Assembly: GCA_951406725.2 (NCBI GenBank)
Contig: OX597834.1
Span: 23,622,001 to 23,686,000, forward strand
Direction: 5' to 3'
Source: Octopus vulgaris
Lineage: Eukaryota
Length of the DNA stretch: 64,000 nt
Shown here: positions 13,564 to 26,619 of the stretch, piece after piece
How positions within the stretch are numbered: the stretch's first letter is position 1
How the letters are laid out: each line of letters opens with the position of its first letter
Made by a program: the position numbers and the translations under genes
The notes under the pieces: generated by a model
What the model saw: only the letters and a program-made list of their open reading frames with translations
Database searches by the model: none
Told to the model about the DNA's origin: nothing

Positions 13564-13797
13564 AAGGCGGCAAGCTGGCAGATACGTTAGCACGCCGGGC
13601 GAAATGCTTAGCGGTATTTCATCTGCCGTTACGTTCTGAGTTCAAATTCCACCGAGGTCAACTTTGCCTTTCATCCTTTCGTGGGTCGATAATTTAAATA
13701 CCAGTTACGCACTGGGGTAGATGTAATCGACTTAATCCGTTTGTCTGTCCTTGTTTGTCCCCTCTGTGTTTAGCCCCTTGTGGGTAGTAAAGAAATA
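13564..13797 (+). mobile_element. tRNA-derived SINE family B
   Basis: aggcggcaagctggcag..gagttcaaattcc..gcctttcatcctttc with a 16-bp TSD tataatacacgacctt. Copies at 27085-27316 and 50450-50682(-; TSD catatatttgtatata); alternative-tail copies at about 14737-14925, 38128-38335, 46122-46330 and 48870-49080. Confidence 0.85.
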
Positions 13798-13854
13798 TAT
13801 AATACACGACCTTGCACCCAAACAACTGCACCACATGCATTAACAAACAATGTA

Positions 13855-14351
13855 CAGGGATTCCTCGAATTGCGCAAGTAATTGGGGGACGCGCAATTCG
13901 AAATTCGCACAAGTCGAGTACCAGATATTGTTTTCTATAAATATTTTCCGGGATAACTGCTAAATATTGTTATATTAAAGAAACACTTGGAGAAAGTATT
14001 GAATGAACTTTCTTTCTATTTGAAACCAAAAAACTTTTATTGGTGACTGCTTTGTACGAATACAAATTACAAATAATAATACAAATTGTTTAATGATTAT
14101 AAACAGAAAATAGAAAAATACATAGCAAATAAATTTACTTATTCAGTTGATCAAACATTTTTTTATAAGAAAAATCATGTATATTTGAAATGATGGATAG
14201 ATAACAAGATAACAGACAAGGCAATGCAACTATGGATAATAAATATTTTTACAACAAGTGCAAGTTGAGAATACAACTTGCGCAACTTGAACACTCGGTA
14301 TCAAAAGTTGGCTTGCGCAAGTCGAATTTCGCGCAAGTCAGGGAATCCCTG
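13855..14351. mobile_element. pogo/Tigger-like MITE
   Basis: TA|CAGGGATTCC...GGAATCCCTG|TA with subterminal gcgcaagt repeats. Confidence 0.75.
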
Positions 14352-15084
14352 TATATTAAAGAAGGCAACCTATACATGACCATCTCATCTGTTAGAAACA
14401 GCATCCAAATCTCCCTAAGATTACTTTGTGTCATTTAAAAAATAAAAAATTAAAATTAAAAAAGGGATGTGTAAAACAAAAATTGGATGACTATGGATGG
14501 AGTGGCTTTAGGCATAGGTCTCTTGGACTAGAACCTAACCTGGTGTTACACAACAGCTGTATAGTTTAGAATAACTAGAGATCTGCAGTAGAAGAAAGCA
14601 AGAGAGAGAGGACCCGTATGTGATATGAGGGGGGATTTACTGTTGTCATGTAATGTAGAAAAACATTTGACTTGTCAATGACCAAACCAACATAAAAGAA
14701 TACAGTGTCCTTGAGACCTACGTGTATAAATTATTTTTTCTACTCTAGGCACAAGGCCCAAAATTTAGGGAGAGGGGGCCAGTTGATTAGATCGACCCAG
14801 TACGCAACTGGTACTTAACTTATCGACCATAAAAGGATGAAATGCAAAGCCGACCTCGGAAGAATTTGAACTCAGAACGTAAAGACAGAAGAAATACCGC
14901 TAAGCATTTCACCCAGCTCGTTGCTTTACATGTATAAATTATTATCACAAAGCTGAGGGTATATACACCCATATACAGAGAAAGAGACATCAATGTAGCA
15001 TTGCAACTTGTTGGATTCTGTCAAACTGTCCCACAATGATGGTGATAAAATTTATATATATATACATATATATATATATTTGAA

Positions 15085-16192
15085 GTTGTAGATGGCCTTA
15101 TTAGCATTGGAGAAGATTGTACAAAAAGTGTACAACCCTAGAATAAGAGTAGGGTGGAGAAAGTTCAGAGAACTTTTACCTCTGTTGGCAACCAAAGTCT
15201 CTCTCTCTGTCTCAGTGAAAGGAAGAATGTATGATGCATGTGTATGAACTGCGATGCTGCATGTTAATGAGATGAGGGCTCTGAATGTAAAAGACATGTG
15301 AAGGCTGGAGAGGAATGAAGTATATATACTCCACTGGATGTGTGATGGCAGTGTGCATTTGCAACAGAGCATAGGTGTATTGAGAGAAAAGTTGGGCATA
15401 AGAGGAATTATATGCAGTGTGCAAGAGGGGAAACTGCACTGGTTTGGTCAAGCGATGTAGACAGATGAAGGCAGTTGCATAAAGCGGTGCTGACCACTTA
15501 AAGTGGAGAGAAGTTGTGGAAGCGGAAGACCCAGGAAGACAAGGGACAAAGTATTGAAGGCCAGTCTCAGAATGCTTAACCTCACGAAGGAGATGACAGA
15601 GAACTGAGATATGTGGCCCATTGCTGTACTCAAGAAGACCTGCTCACTACAACAGATCCGAGATCCTAAAACCAAGGTGCCATGTAAAAAGCATTGGTGT
15701 GGGTATGGGTGCTGGTACCAGGTAAGAAGCACTGGTGTTAGCGACACATAAAAAGCACCTTGTACACTCTATAAAGAAGTTTGGTGCTAAGAAGGGCATC
15801 CAGCCATCGAAGCCAAGTCAAAACAGACTATGGAACCTGGTCTTGCCAATTCCTGTCAAGCCGTCCAACCCATGTAAGCATGAAAAACAAGTGTTAACCC
15901 TTTCGTTACTGTATTTATTTTGAGGTGCTCTGTGTTTCTTTCAATTACTTTAAATATAACAAAGAATTTAGTAAAATAACTTAGTTATCATTCAGCTAGT
16001 GTTAGGAACATAAATTATGACTAAAGTTTGGTGGAAGATTTTAATTCAAAACTTATGAAAACAAGACATTTGTACTCTGAGCCAGAGCTGGTTTCAGCCG
16101 GGTCGGTAATGAAAGGGTTAAATGTTGATGTTGATAATGATAACCCATGCTTGCATGGAAAATGGATGTTAAACGATGATGATGATGATGAT
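15085..16192 (+). mobile_element. RTE-clade LINE, 5'-truncated and decayed
   Basis: RIRVGWRKFRELLPLL..KGRMYDACV..LHWFG..GRPRKT.., then the 3' UTR (aagggcatccagcc..cccatg..) and a (GAT)n tail. Confidence 0.85.
15898..16117. mobile_element. piggyBac-type MITE inserted in an RTE 3' tail
   Basis: TTAA TSD and CCC/GGG termini; the RTE (GAT)n tail resumes after it. Confidence 0.8.
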
Positions 16193-19100
16193 ATATCTGG
16201 ATCTCACATGTATAACAGTGTTTATATAGTGACCGTGAACTAAACTTTGTGCTTAAATGAAAAGAATTTATTATTAGGTAAGATTTTATGTACTGTTAGT
16301 CACAGTGTCACATGTCGAGCTTACGAGTTGTTAAGGTGGCCTCGAACTAAATTTTACAAGTGAATATTTTAATAAAATCAGTGAAAATAATTTTTTTTTT
16401 TTATGGTGTTGAGTGGGTTAATGGGTAGGTGGGTGACCTCGTATTTAATTGACATCATTGAAAATATTCGTCAGTTTTCACATGTTTTATTTTTTCTGTT
16501 TTCACGTGAGTCTCTTAATAAACTTCAATTCACACACTGCTCTCCCCACCACCATCCTCTCTTGCTCCAGCTCCAACTACACAATACAACAAGTACACCA
16601 AGCAGTAACCGCATGGTACTGCAACTTGTATATTATTCAACAGACTGCATAATAAACTGCAAGATGTACAAGCACAGGCACGGATGGCTGTGTGGTTAAG
16701 AAACTTGTGTGGTACCTTGGCCTTCTACTATAGCTCTGGGCCGACCAATGCCTTGCAAGAGAATTTAGAGAGGAAAACTGAGTGGAAGTCTGTCATATAT
16801 ATGAGGGGCATGGCCCTGTGGTAAGAAGCTTGCTTCTCAGCCACATGGTTCCAAGTTCAGTTCTACTGAGTGGCACTTTGGGCAACTATAGCCCCAGAAT
16901 GGTCAATGCTTTGTAATGTGAGTGAATTTAGTAGACAGAAACTGTGTGGAAGCCCATCATATGTGTGTGTGTTATTGTTTTTGTCTTGTCTCACATCTCT
17001 GCTTGACAAACTGGTGTTAGTTTATTTACATCCCCATAACATAACAGTTTAACAGAATAAGTACCAGATGTAGAAATAAGTACTGGAGTCTATTTGTTTG
17101 ACTGAAACCCTTCAAAGAAATGCCCCAGCATGACTGCAAACACAATGACTGCAAACAAGTAAAAAAAAAAACAAGCTCCTGCACCATTCTGTAACTCATT
17201 TGGGGTTACATAGAAAAACCAACAAAGGATGTAGGACCTAGCGCTTGTAGACACTGAAGGGATTTAGTTATGAGCTGTGAAGTAGCTTGCTTACCAACTA
17301 CATGGTACCAGGTTCAGTTCCACTGTGTGGCAACTTTGGCAAGTGTGTCCTACTATAGCCTCAGACTGACCTTGTGAATGGATTTGGTAGATGGAAACTG
17401 AAAGAAGCCCAACATGTGTGTGTGTGTGTGCATGCGTGTGTGCTTGTCTCCACCACCATTGCTTGACAACCGATGCTGGTGCATTTACGCCCCCCCCCCA
17501 TAACATAGCGGTTCAGCAAAAGAGACCGATACAGTAAGTACTAGGCTTACAAAGAATAAGTCCTGGGATCAATTCGTTTGACTAAAGGTGGTGCTCCAGC
17601 ATGGCCACAGTCAAATGGCAAAAAAGAATTGCTGTTGTTTAACCCTTGGTTTGTTCTTGTTGAGCAAACAAATGAGTAAAAACTGTATATTGTAGCTACA
17701 TTGGTGTTCAAGATTGATCAGTCAATTTGCTGCTGTTGTGAATTCAAAATCCTCTCAAGGGACAAAACCAGTCATGTGTATCATCATCAGCAACATTAAT
17801 ATTTCAGTTCCAGTGTTATCCAACTGTAGTCTGTGGGTATTGAACTACAAAGAACATAATGTGCCACATGAAAAGCACTGGTGGTGGCACCATGTAAGAG
17901 GCACTCAATATACTCTGTAAAGTGGCTAGAGTTATGAAGGGCATCCAGCCATAGAAACCATGCCAAAACAGATGACTGGAACCTGATGCAGCTCTCTGGC
18001 CTGCCAGCTCCTGTCAAACCGTCCAACGCATGCCAGCATGGAAAATGGATGTTAAATGATGATGTGTTACAGGTGGAGATTAATTACTGCTGTCAAGTAA
18101 TGTAGAATAACCTTGTCTCTGACACTATGCAACAGTAAAAAAAAAAAAAAAAAACACTTTGGCCTTGAGACTAAATTGATTAAAATATTTTTACCAAGGC
18201 AAAAAATTGTTCAAGTCTCAGCAAAAATACAAAGCTGAATTTCTTTTGGTTCTTCATATTTTGAGTTCAAATGCCACTAAGATCAACTTTGCCTTTCATT
18301 CTGTAGGGAGTCAACAAAGTGCTGGTGTCGATGTAATCAACGAACCTCCTTTCCCAAATATCAGGTCTTGTGCCTATCTTAGGATTATTATTATTATTAT
18401 CATTATAATATTATTAAGACGGAGAGCTGAGAGAATTGCTAACACACCAAGCAAAATGCTTAACAACATTTCATCCGTCATGATAAATTCAGGCATAATA
18501 AATTAAATACAAGTGAAGCACAGGGGTCAATGTAATCAACTTAACCCCTCCTCCAAAATTGCAGGCCTTATGCCTTTAGCAGAAAGGATTATTATTATTA
18601 TTAGAACAGTGGGCTGGCAGAATTATTAGTGTTGGGGAAAATGCCTGGTGATATTTGTTCTGGCTCTTTAAATTCTGAACTCAAATCCTGCTGAAGTCAT
18701 CTTTGCCTTCCAACCTTTCAGGGGTCGATAAAATAAAGTACTTCCCAAATACTGAGGGTCAATGTAATCAACTTGACCCTCCCTTAAAAAACTTGTGGCC
18801 TTGAGCCAAAATTAGAAAGAATAATGGGCACTGATCTGGCATAATAATTAGAACATTGGTGCAATATATAAAACACGCAGTACACTTTTGTAGTGGTTGG
18901 CATTAGGAAGGGCATCCAGTCATAGAAACCATGTCAAAACAGACAATTGGAGTCTATCTGGCTTGCCAGCTCCTGTCAAACTATTCAACTCATGCCTGCA
19001 TGGAAAATGGATGTTAAATGATGATGATGATGATTGGAAGAAGTCTCGTGACATTTGTCCAGGCTCTTTACATTCTGAGTTCAAATCATGCTGAAGCAAA

Positions 19101-20419
19101 CTTTGCTTTCTCCCTCCCAGCCTCAATAAAATAAAACACCAGTCTAAGATTGATGATGGTATCAACTGGATCCATCCCTTAAGAATCATTAGTTTTCTCC
19201 TAAAATTTGAAGCCTTTTAAAAGATCCTGAGCTGGCAAAATCATTAGCACCATTTCTTCCAACTGCTGCCTTTGAAATTACAAGCCTCGTGCCAAGAAAT
19301 AGGTGGCCCCTGAACCACATCCCTGCTCACCACAAACAGGGCAGAGGAGATGGCTATCTGCAAGTGTAAGCCCCAAGGGTCAGAGTGGCTGTTCTAGCAC
19401 ATCTCCCTTCATTGCCATCCTCCAGTGCAATGCCTTTTCCATTTTGTCCGCCAGGATCATGAGACAAACTAACAAGCCCTTTTAGATATTTCTTTGCTGT
19501 GAGGATTTAGGCAGGGCCCTTCATCAAATTTAGAAGACTATTTCATGAAACAATTATTACAGCTTCCTTGAAGAAGTAAAGATGACACAGGTAAATGAGT
19601 GTTTAATTTTGGACAGTATTGGGAGGGGGAGGAAAGTTTGGCCTTCAGTGTGTACGTGTGAATTTTTGAAATCAGCCTTGTGCTAAATCAGAAAAACTTG
19701 TATAGGAAAGGAGTTAAACATGTTGCTGGGCAATATCACAGCTGTTGGTAGGGTGGGATTGTGAGATAAAAGCTGTGGCCTCGCTACTGAATTTAAAAGT
19801 TGACTATTTAAATAAAACTCTGTGAAATGGGTTAGTCTTTCTTTTAATACATAAATTATAATACCATATTAAATCTGGGAAAATAGTTCTCTATTTTCAA
19901 AGTGATTCAATCATTAAACTACATTACATACCCTCTCTCTCACACTCATTCATGGTTGCTCTCTCTCTCTCTCTATCTCACCCTTTCATCCTCTCTCTCT
20001 CTCTCTCTCACTGTCTCTCCTGTTCTAACCACATTTTACCTACAAGGACACAAGGCTACAGATATGTAAGGGGGTGGGGAAGGTATGTAGGAGTATATAG
20101 AGCGTTTACTAAAATCATTTCCCAAAATATTACTGGTATGCATTTCACTGGCTCATCAACTCAATCATATTGTGTTGTCTTTTAGCCCTGAGATAAACCA
20201 CATTGAGGACATCTACAATAAAAGATATTCTAGCTACCAATCATCCAGGCATAGTGTATCTAGGACTACATTACTCAATCTGCATTACAGTTTTTCAAAG
20301 TGTCAGGATGTTACTTGAAGGACATTTGGCTGTTATTTCTAGCAGGTGAAACATAAGTGGAAGTTAGTGGAGTTATTGATGGAAAATATACACTGTAGTA
20401 TCTTGAGTAGTTATTTTTA

Positions 20420-22680
20420 TTGTTTAGGATGTAGTATGGTGTAGTTATTGCTGTTTGGGATGTAGTATGGTATAGTAGTTGTTTAGGCTGAAGTATGCTG
20501 TAGTTATTGCTGTTCTTGTTTAGGTTGTAGTATGATTTAGATATTGCAGTTTAGGCTGTAACATGGCGGGGTTGTTGTTTAGGTTGTAGCATTGTGGGGT
20601 TGTTGTTGTTTAGGTTGCAGCATGGTGAAGTTGTGGGTTAGACTGTAGTGCGGTGTCGTTGTTGTTTAGGTCGTAATATGGTGTAATTATTGTTTGGGCT
20701 ATAGTGTAGCATAGTTATTACTGTCTGGGCTGCAGTCTTGAGCAGTTGTTTAGGCTGCAGCATAGTGTTGCCTTTGGCCTTTAGGCTGCAGTGTGGTGTA
20801 ACTGCTTGGGCTGTAGTATGGTGTAGCTACTGTTGTTTAGGCTATACTATGAAGTAGTTGTTGTTTAGGCTGCAGTATAGTCTAGTTGCTATTGTTTAGG
20901 CTGTAGTATGGTGTAGTTATCGCTGTTTAGGCTGTAGTATGCTGTAGTTACTGCTGTTTGGGCTGTAGTATGCTGTAGTTATTGCTGTTTAGGCTGTAGT
21001 ATGGTATAGTTGTTCAGGCTGTAGCATGGTGTAGTTGTTCAGGCTGTCGTATGGTGTAGTTTTTGTTGTTTAGGCTTAGGTATAGTCTAGCTACTATTGT
21101 TTAGGCTGTAGTATGATGTAATTATCATTTATGCTAGAGCATGTTGTACTTATTGTTTAGGCTGTAGTAGGAAGGAAGCACTCCGTCGGTTACGACGACG
21201 AGGGTTCCGGTTGATCCGAATCAACGGAACAGCCTGCTCGTGAAATTAACGTGTAAGTGGCTGAGCACTCCACAGACACGTGTACCCTTAACATAGTTCT
21301 CGGGGATATTCAGCATGACACAGAGAGTGACAAGGCCGGCCTTTGAAATACAGGTACAACAGAAACAGGAAGTAAGAGTGAGAGAAAATTGTGGTGAAAG
21401 AGTACAGCAGGGATCACCACCATCCCCTGCCGGAGCCTCGTGGAGCTTTAGGTGTTTTCGCTCAATAAACACTCACAACGCCCGGTCTGGGAATCGAAAC
21501 CGCGATCCTATGACCGCGAGTCCGCTGTCCCAACCACTGGGCCATTGCGCCTCCACTTAGGCTGTAGTATGGTGTAGTTATTGTTTAGGCTGCAGTATAA
21601 TCTAGTTGGTGTTGTTTAGACTGCAGTATGGTGTTGTTTAGGCTGTAGTATGTAGTTATTGCTGTTTGGGTTGTAGAATGTAGTTATCGCTGTTTAGGCT
21701 GTAGTATGCCGTAGTTACTGCTGTTTGGGCTGTAGTATGCTGTAGTTATTGCTGTTTAGGCTGTAGTATGGTATAGTTGTTCAGGCTGTAGCATGGTGTA
21801 GTTGTTCAGGCTGTCGTATGGTGTAGTTTTTGATGTTTAGGCTTAGGTATAGTCTAGCTACTATTGTTTAAGCTGTAGTATGATGTAATTATCATTTATG
21901 CTAGAGCATGTTGTAGTTATTGTTTAGGATGCAGTATAATCTAGTTGGTGTTGTTTAGACTGCAGTATGGTGTATTGTTTAGGCTGTAATGTGGTGCAGT
22001 AACTATTGTTTAGGCTGTAGTATGTAGTTATTGCTGTTTGGGTTGTAGAATGTAGTTATCGCTGTTTAGGCTGTAGTATGTAGTTATTGCTGTTTGGGTT
22101 GTAGAATGTAGTTATCGCTGTTTAGGCTGTAGTATGCTGTAGTTACTGCTGTTTGGGCTGTAGTATGCTGTAGTTATTGCTGTTTAGGCTGTAGTCTAGT
22201 CTAGTTGCTATTGTTTAGGCTGTAGTATGGTATAGTTGTTCAGGCTGTAGCATGGTGTAGTTGTTCAGGCTGTCGTATGGTGTAGTTTTTGTTGTTTAGG
22301 CTTAGGTATAGTCTAGCTACTATTGTTTAGGCTGTAGTATGGTATAGTTGTTCAGGCTGTAGCATGGTGTAGTTGTTCAGACTGTCGTATGGTGTAGTTT
22401 TTGATGTTTAGGCTTAGGTATAGTCTAGCTACTATTGTTTAGGCTGTAGTATGGTATAGTTGTTCAGGCTGTAGCATGGTGTAGTTGTTCAGACTGTCGT
22501 ATGGTGTAGTTTTTGATGTTTAGGCTTAGGTATAGTCTAGCTACTATTGTTTAGGCTGTAGTATGATGTAATTATCATTTATGCTAGAGCATGTTGTAGT
22601 TATTGTTTAGGCTGTAGTATAGTCTAGTTGTTATTGTTTAGAATGTAGTATGATGTAATTGCTGTTGTTTAGGCTGTAAC
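20420..22680. repeat. Minisatellite (gtttaggctgtagtatggtgtagtt)n with higher-order repeats
   Basis: Dozens of units of about 26-32 bp; a 112-bp higher-order block starts at 22217, 22329 and 22441. Confidence 0.9.
21171..21557 (-). mobile_element. tRNA-derived SINE family C inserted in the minisatellite
   Basis: Head ggaggcgcaatggcccagtggttgg..ggtttcgattcc and tail gtcgtcgtaaccgacggagtgc. Confidence 0.85.
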
Positions 22681-23395
22681 GTATTAGACAGAATGCCTGA
22701 ACAAAAGACAGGGAAGTCACACCTGGATTGTCAATGAATCATAGGTCGACTGGATGAAAGATATTCCGGACTAAACTATCCCAACATGGATAGTTGGTCT
22801 GAAGATCTCTGAATAAATGATGGGGTGGTCATGTTTGGATCAACAGGTGAATTACTAAAATGGAGGGATTAAACAACAGAGCCATATCTACAGTTTGGTG
22901 CCCCAAACTTTGTTGCGACATAATTGTTTCGAAATGAAAATTTGCAGAAATACGTTTTCGAGGACGTAGATTACGATTATGGTGTGTAAAGGTAGACAAA
23001 AAAGGAAGGGAAACGTTAGGGGTGGGGAATTCCTATCGTTCTCCTATTGATCCTGTTTCCTCGTAACTCACTTTAAAATGTCTATTTTAAACAAAGTTTT
23101 GCAGAAATAAATTTCCGTGGGTGTAGATTGCGTAATGTTAAGGTTTCAAACGTAGAAGTATAACAAAAGGAAATGGTGGTAAAACAGTACGTGGAAGGTG
23201 TACAATGAACCAAAGTTTTTTGCCTAAATTTTACCAACATAACCGTATTCTACACCGACGAAAACATATCTCTGTAAATATCTAACGACAAAATTTGCAT
23301 TTTTAAAGAAAATTATGAGGGAAGCAAAGTCAGAAAAGAGTACCAAAGTACAGTTATGGCGAACTTATATAGTAATGTCAAGTTTATTCACTCAC

Positions 23396-23584
23396 CTCTA
23401 AGGACTTCTCATGTTGTTTCAGTTTCAGGTAGATACAGCCGAGATTATAAGAAATTTTGGCTGTGCTATCAGCTGCAACCGTTTCGAATTGTTGGGCAGC
23501 TTCAAGGAATTTACCCTTGTCGTAGAGATTTGCTGCACTGCTCCACACCTCGGCGAACTCTTTCAGTGGAATCGACGAAGACAT
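23396..23584 (-). CDS. NCF2: p67phox (NCF2)/NOXA1-like, first coding exon (TPR1-2)
   Basis: ATG at 23584, then 63 codons MSSSIPLKEFAEVWSSAANLYDKGKFLEAAQQFETVAADSTAKISYNLGCIYLKLKQHEKSLE and a GAG|GTGAGT donor. Resembles [45 protein letters not shown]. NCF2 versus NOXA1 orthology cannot be resolved from this window. Confidence 0.9.
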
Positions 23585-24600
23585 GTTGTACTTAACTGTT
23601 TGTAATATAATATAATGTCAATATATATAATTAAAAGGTTGACAGTGATTATGGAAGGTCCACGTGTTCAATGGTTTGGCCTGTCTATAAAACTTAGAAA
23701 TAAAATATGAAGATGAGTTTCGAATGAGTAAGTCTTCAACAATAAATTATTTAACTTAGAATAGAAGCGACGAGTCTTTAAAACACTTTTTAGCTATGTC
23801 GTATGCTTTGAGTGTATATATTTAACGCACTTGTCACGATAATTATCAATGGGATTGGCGTCACTTTGTACGAAAAGACGTAAACAAAATGTGTAACGGT
23901 CGATAAAACACTTGTTTCACGGAAATACGAGTTTGTTGTTGTAAAAAAGTGTAAATAATGTTATTGGAAACCTGACATATAAACGGTCGTTAACACGATA
24001 GCAACAAAACAAATGAAGTGTTTTGTTGTTAATGTCAGGCGTAAGTGTCGACTAATATTCAATGAGGAAATCTTCTGTGTCTGTGGCGGGTCTTTCAACC
24101 ATATATATTCGTTCAGTTGTTGTTCTTGAAAACTTAAGGCTTCAAACGTGGAATATGTCTATAGCGATGATAGCCGATTTCATAGTCGTCTGCAGATGTC
24201 TTCCAGAAAAATATTTGTAAACCTTTGAACGGGGTTTTCAACTCTCACCATAAATCAACGGCTTCTAAAACTTTCGTTGTTTTCTTTCTTCAAAATTCAA
24301 GAATAATATTCAACAATATCTGTATAACAAAGGGAAGCTGTGATGGCCGATGTCCTGTCGTCTGCTTAAGTTTTTGTTTAAAAAAAGTTTGTCGATCTTC
24401 CAACAGCGTGACTTTCAATGAAATATGCCTGGTAGAATTATTTCTAAATCTTGATTCTTCTCCTTTTATAAAACTTAAGTGTCAATAAATCACTCAGCAG
24501 CGTAACTGTTTTTCAGCTGTTCGTGATGATCCATGAAAGTGATACGGCTAAATGAACGTTTGACGTGCAAAATCTTCCCTATAAATAAACACAAAACAAA
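23585..24600 (-). promoter_or_regulatory. Putative 5' leader and core promoter of the p67phox-like gene
   Basis: About 1 kb of repeat-free, CpG-retaining sequence upstream of the ATG. On the minus strand, TATTTATA (24587-24580) precedes an Inr-like TCATTT (24555-24550). Confidence 0.35.
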
Positions 24601-25489
24601 GGGCCCTCTTGTTGTTGTAATTGTTGTAGTAAGGCCTTTGTTAAATGAAAGAATAGTTTCACCACGTTAGGAAGTTACGACACTCCTTACAGACAATTCG
24701 ATATAGGCTTATCTCTCTGTCCCTTACTATCTATCTCTTCCTCCCTTACTATGATTTATTATTTACTCCTTTACTATTCCTCTTTCCCCTCACACTCCCT
24801 CAGTCACTCCCTTACTATCTCTCTGTTTTCACTTTTCTACTTTCGTTCTCTCTGTCTTAATTACCCTCTTGCAAGCTCTCCTTTCCTCCTTTCTCTTATT
24901 TACTCTATCCCCCTTCCACCTCCACTCTTTCATTTACTCCTTTACCCTAACGTTCACTTGCACTCTTCCTCTGTCTATCATTTACTCCTACTCAACCATT
25001 GCTTGTGTCTTTCCACTCTCTCACTACTCCCTTTTCATTTCCGTTCTATCTCTCTTTCTCTTTCATTCTCTTCTTTTCTCTCTACCTTTCATTCTCCCAC
25101 TCCCTTAATCACTCAACGACTTTCCAACTTTAAATCTCCCTCTAAGTCACGCCCTCATTAGTTCGTCCACTCCCCGCTCTCACCTTCAACTACACCGTCG
25201 CTTCGGATTGGAGCCACAACCACCATAACCATAACCATCACATCACATCACTACTACTACACACTCATGTGTGTACATACATACACACATACATACACAT
25301 GAGGCACTGAGGGTGTCTCTGCATAGTCACATGCCATGCAAGAAATAGCAGTCAAACTATATTTTTACTGGAAGAAAAAAAGAAAAACGGGGAATGACGC
25401 AATAAATGATGGTGGGAAGGGGTAACAGATTGTACACTACCAGTTTGAATGGTGTGTTTAGAAACGTCTTGCAGATATAATTCTGTAGG

Positions 25490-26160
25490 CATTACCACAG
25501 AGTGACCAACAATGCTCGCTGCAACAGCCAACCTGCATTACGCGGTTCATTTCTTAGATGGGCTGCTGTCATCCTGATTTCACAAAGGAAATCAGCGATA
25601 TGTGGTCCGAGAACACCTCAGGTTTCATCGGTGACCAGTACAAACAGATAGCGACTGGTCAGGTTCCAGTATTTGTTTGACTTCCCCACCATTCTCTACG
25701 GACAGCAAAATCCAGGTTTTGCGGCCGGCGCATCAAGGTTGAAGAGAGATAATGTATCGTCGTAGCATGTCACGTCCCAGACTAGAGATTTACCTCCCTC
25801 GTATGCGAAGGAGGTTATTCTGTCGGGGCGCTAACCATTTCCATGGTCAAGACCTACTGGCAGCAGTTGTGACGGGAAACTGGCATGGTGCTGCTTAGGG
25901 CAGTGTGTTAGAGGAATTGACCCGCGCCATACAGAATAACAGATGCAGGCCAAATTCATTTATTACAGCTTCGCAACGGCATTTGTGCTGTTCACACGCG
26001 AAGACCGAGGCACAGGGCCACTCTGATACAATTGCACTCATTATCAAGAAGGGTGGTGGTTGATGAGGAGGACATCGAATTGAGTTATGCACTGCTGTCT
26101 GGCCGATAAGTGGAACAGGGGCAAGCGAGGCCATGCTGGTCTGAAGACTCAATCTTCCTG
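25490..26160 (-). mobile_element. CRE-like non-LTR retrotransposon 3' fragment (zinc knuckle plus restriction-like endonuclease)
   Basis: CEQHKCRCEAVINEFGLHLLFC..GLDHGNG*RPDRIT..GGKSLVWDVTC..KY..ET*GVLG..WLLQR. Confidence 0.75.
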
Positions 26161-26619
26161 AAGGTAGATTTCAGGTCTCTGCAAATAACTGGATCATAAT
26201 TGAAAAAAAAAAAAAAAATGAAAGGAAGGACGTGTTGGAAAATGTATCGCGGATAAAAGGCGGGCCTGTCATGGCTGGAATAGATTTGATCATATCCGCC
26301 GAAACTTCACCTGATTATATATACACTTTAGATGAGTTGTAGTGCACCTGAGCACTGTACACAATTATTATTATTATTATTATTATATCTTTCTTCAGTC
26401 AGAGATAAACAATAATACACACACAAACACACTCACACACACACACACGCACACACGTACACACACATACATACGCTCATACAATCAGATACATACCTGC
26501 ACAAGCACACATACACTCATACACAAACACTCTCACACAAATACACACATACAAACACACTCATGCATATAAACACACACTCACACAAACACATTCAAAC
26601 ACATATATATACTCATACT

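Noticed and set aside
21221-21560. Recurrent ORFs of about 83 aa (MFIERKHLKL..., also at 40379 and 61503)
   Set aside because: They recur only because they are translations of the same SINE family.
20420-22680. CRISPR-like array of GTTTAGGCTGTAGT repeats
   Set aside because: The apparent spacers are short and homologous to each other, there are no cas genes and the context is a eukaryotic intron; it is a minisatellite.
24225-24488. 87-aa plus-strand ORF as a divergent gene
   Set aside because: It has a non-ATG start, no recognisable domain and no splice support.
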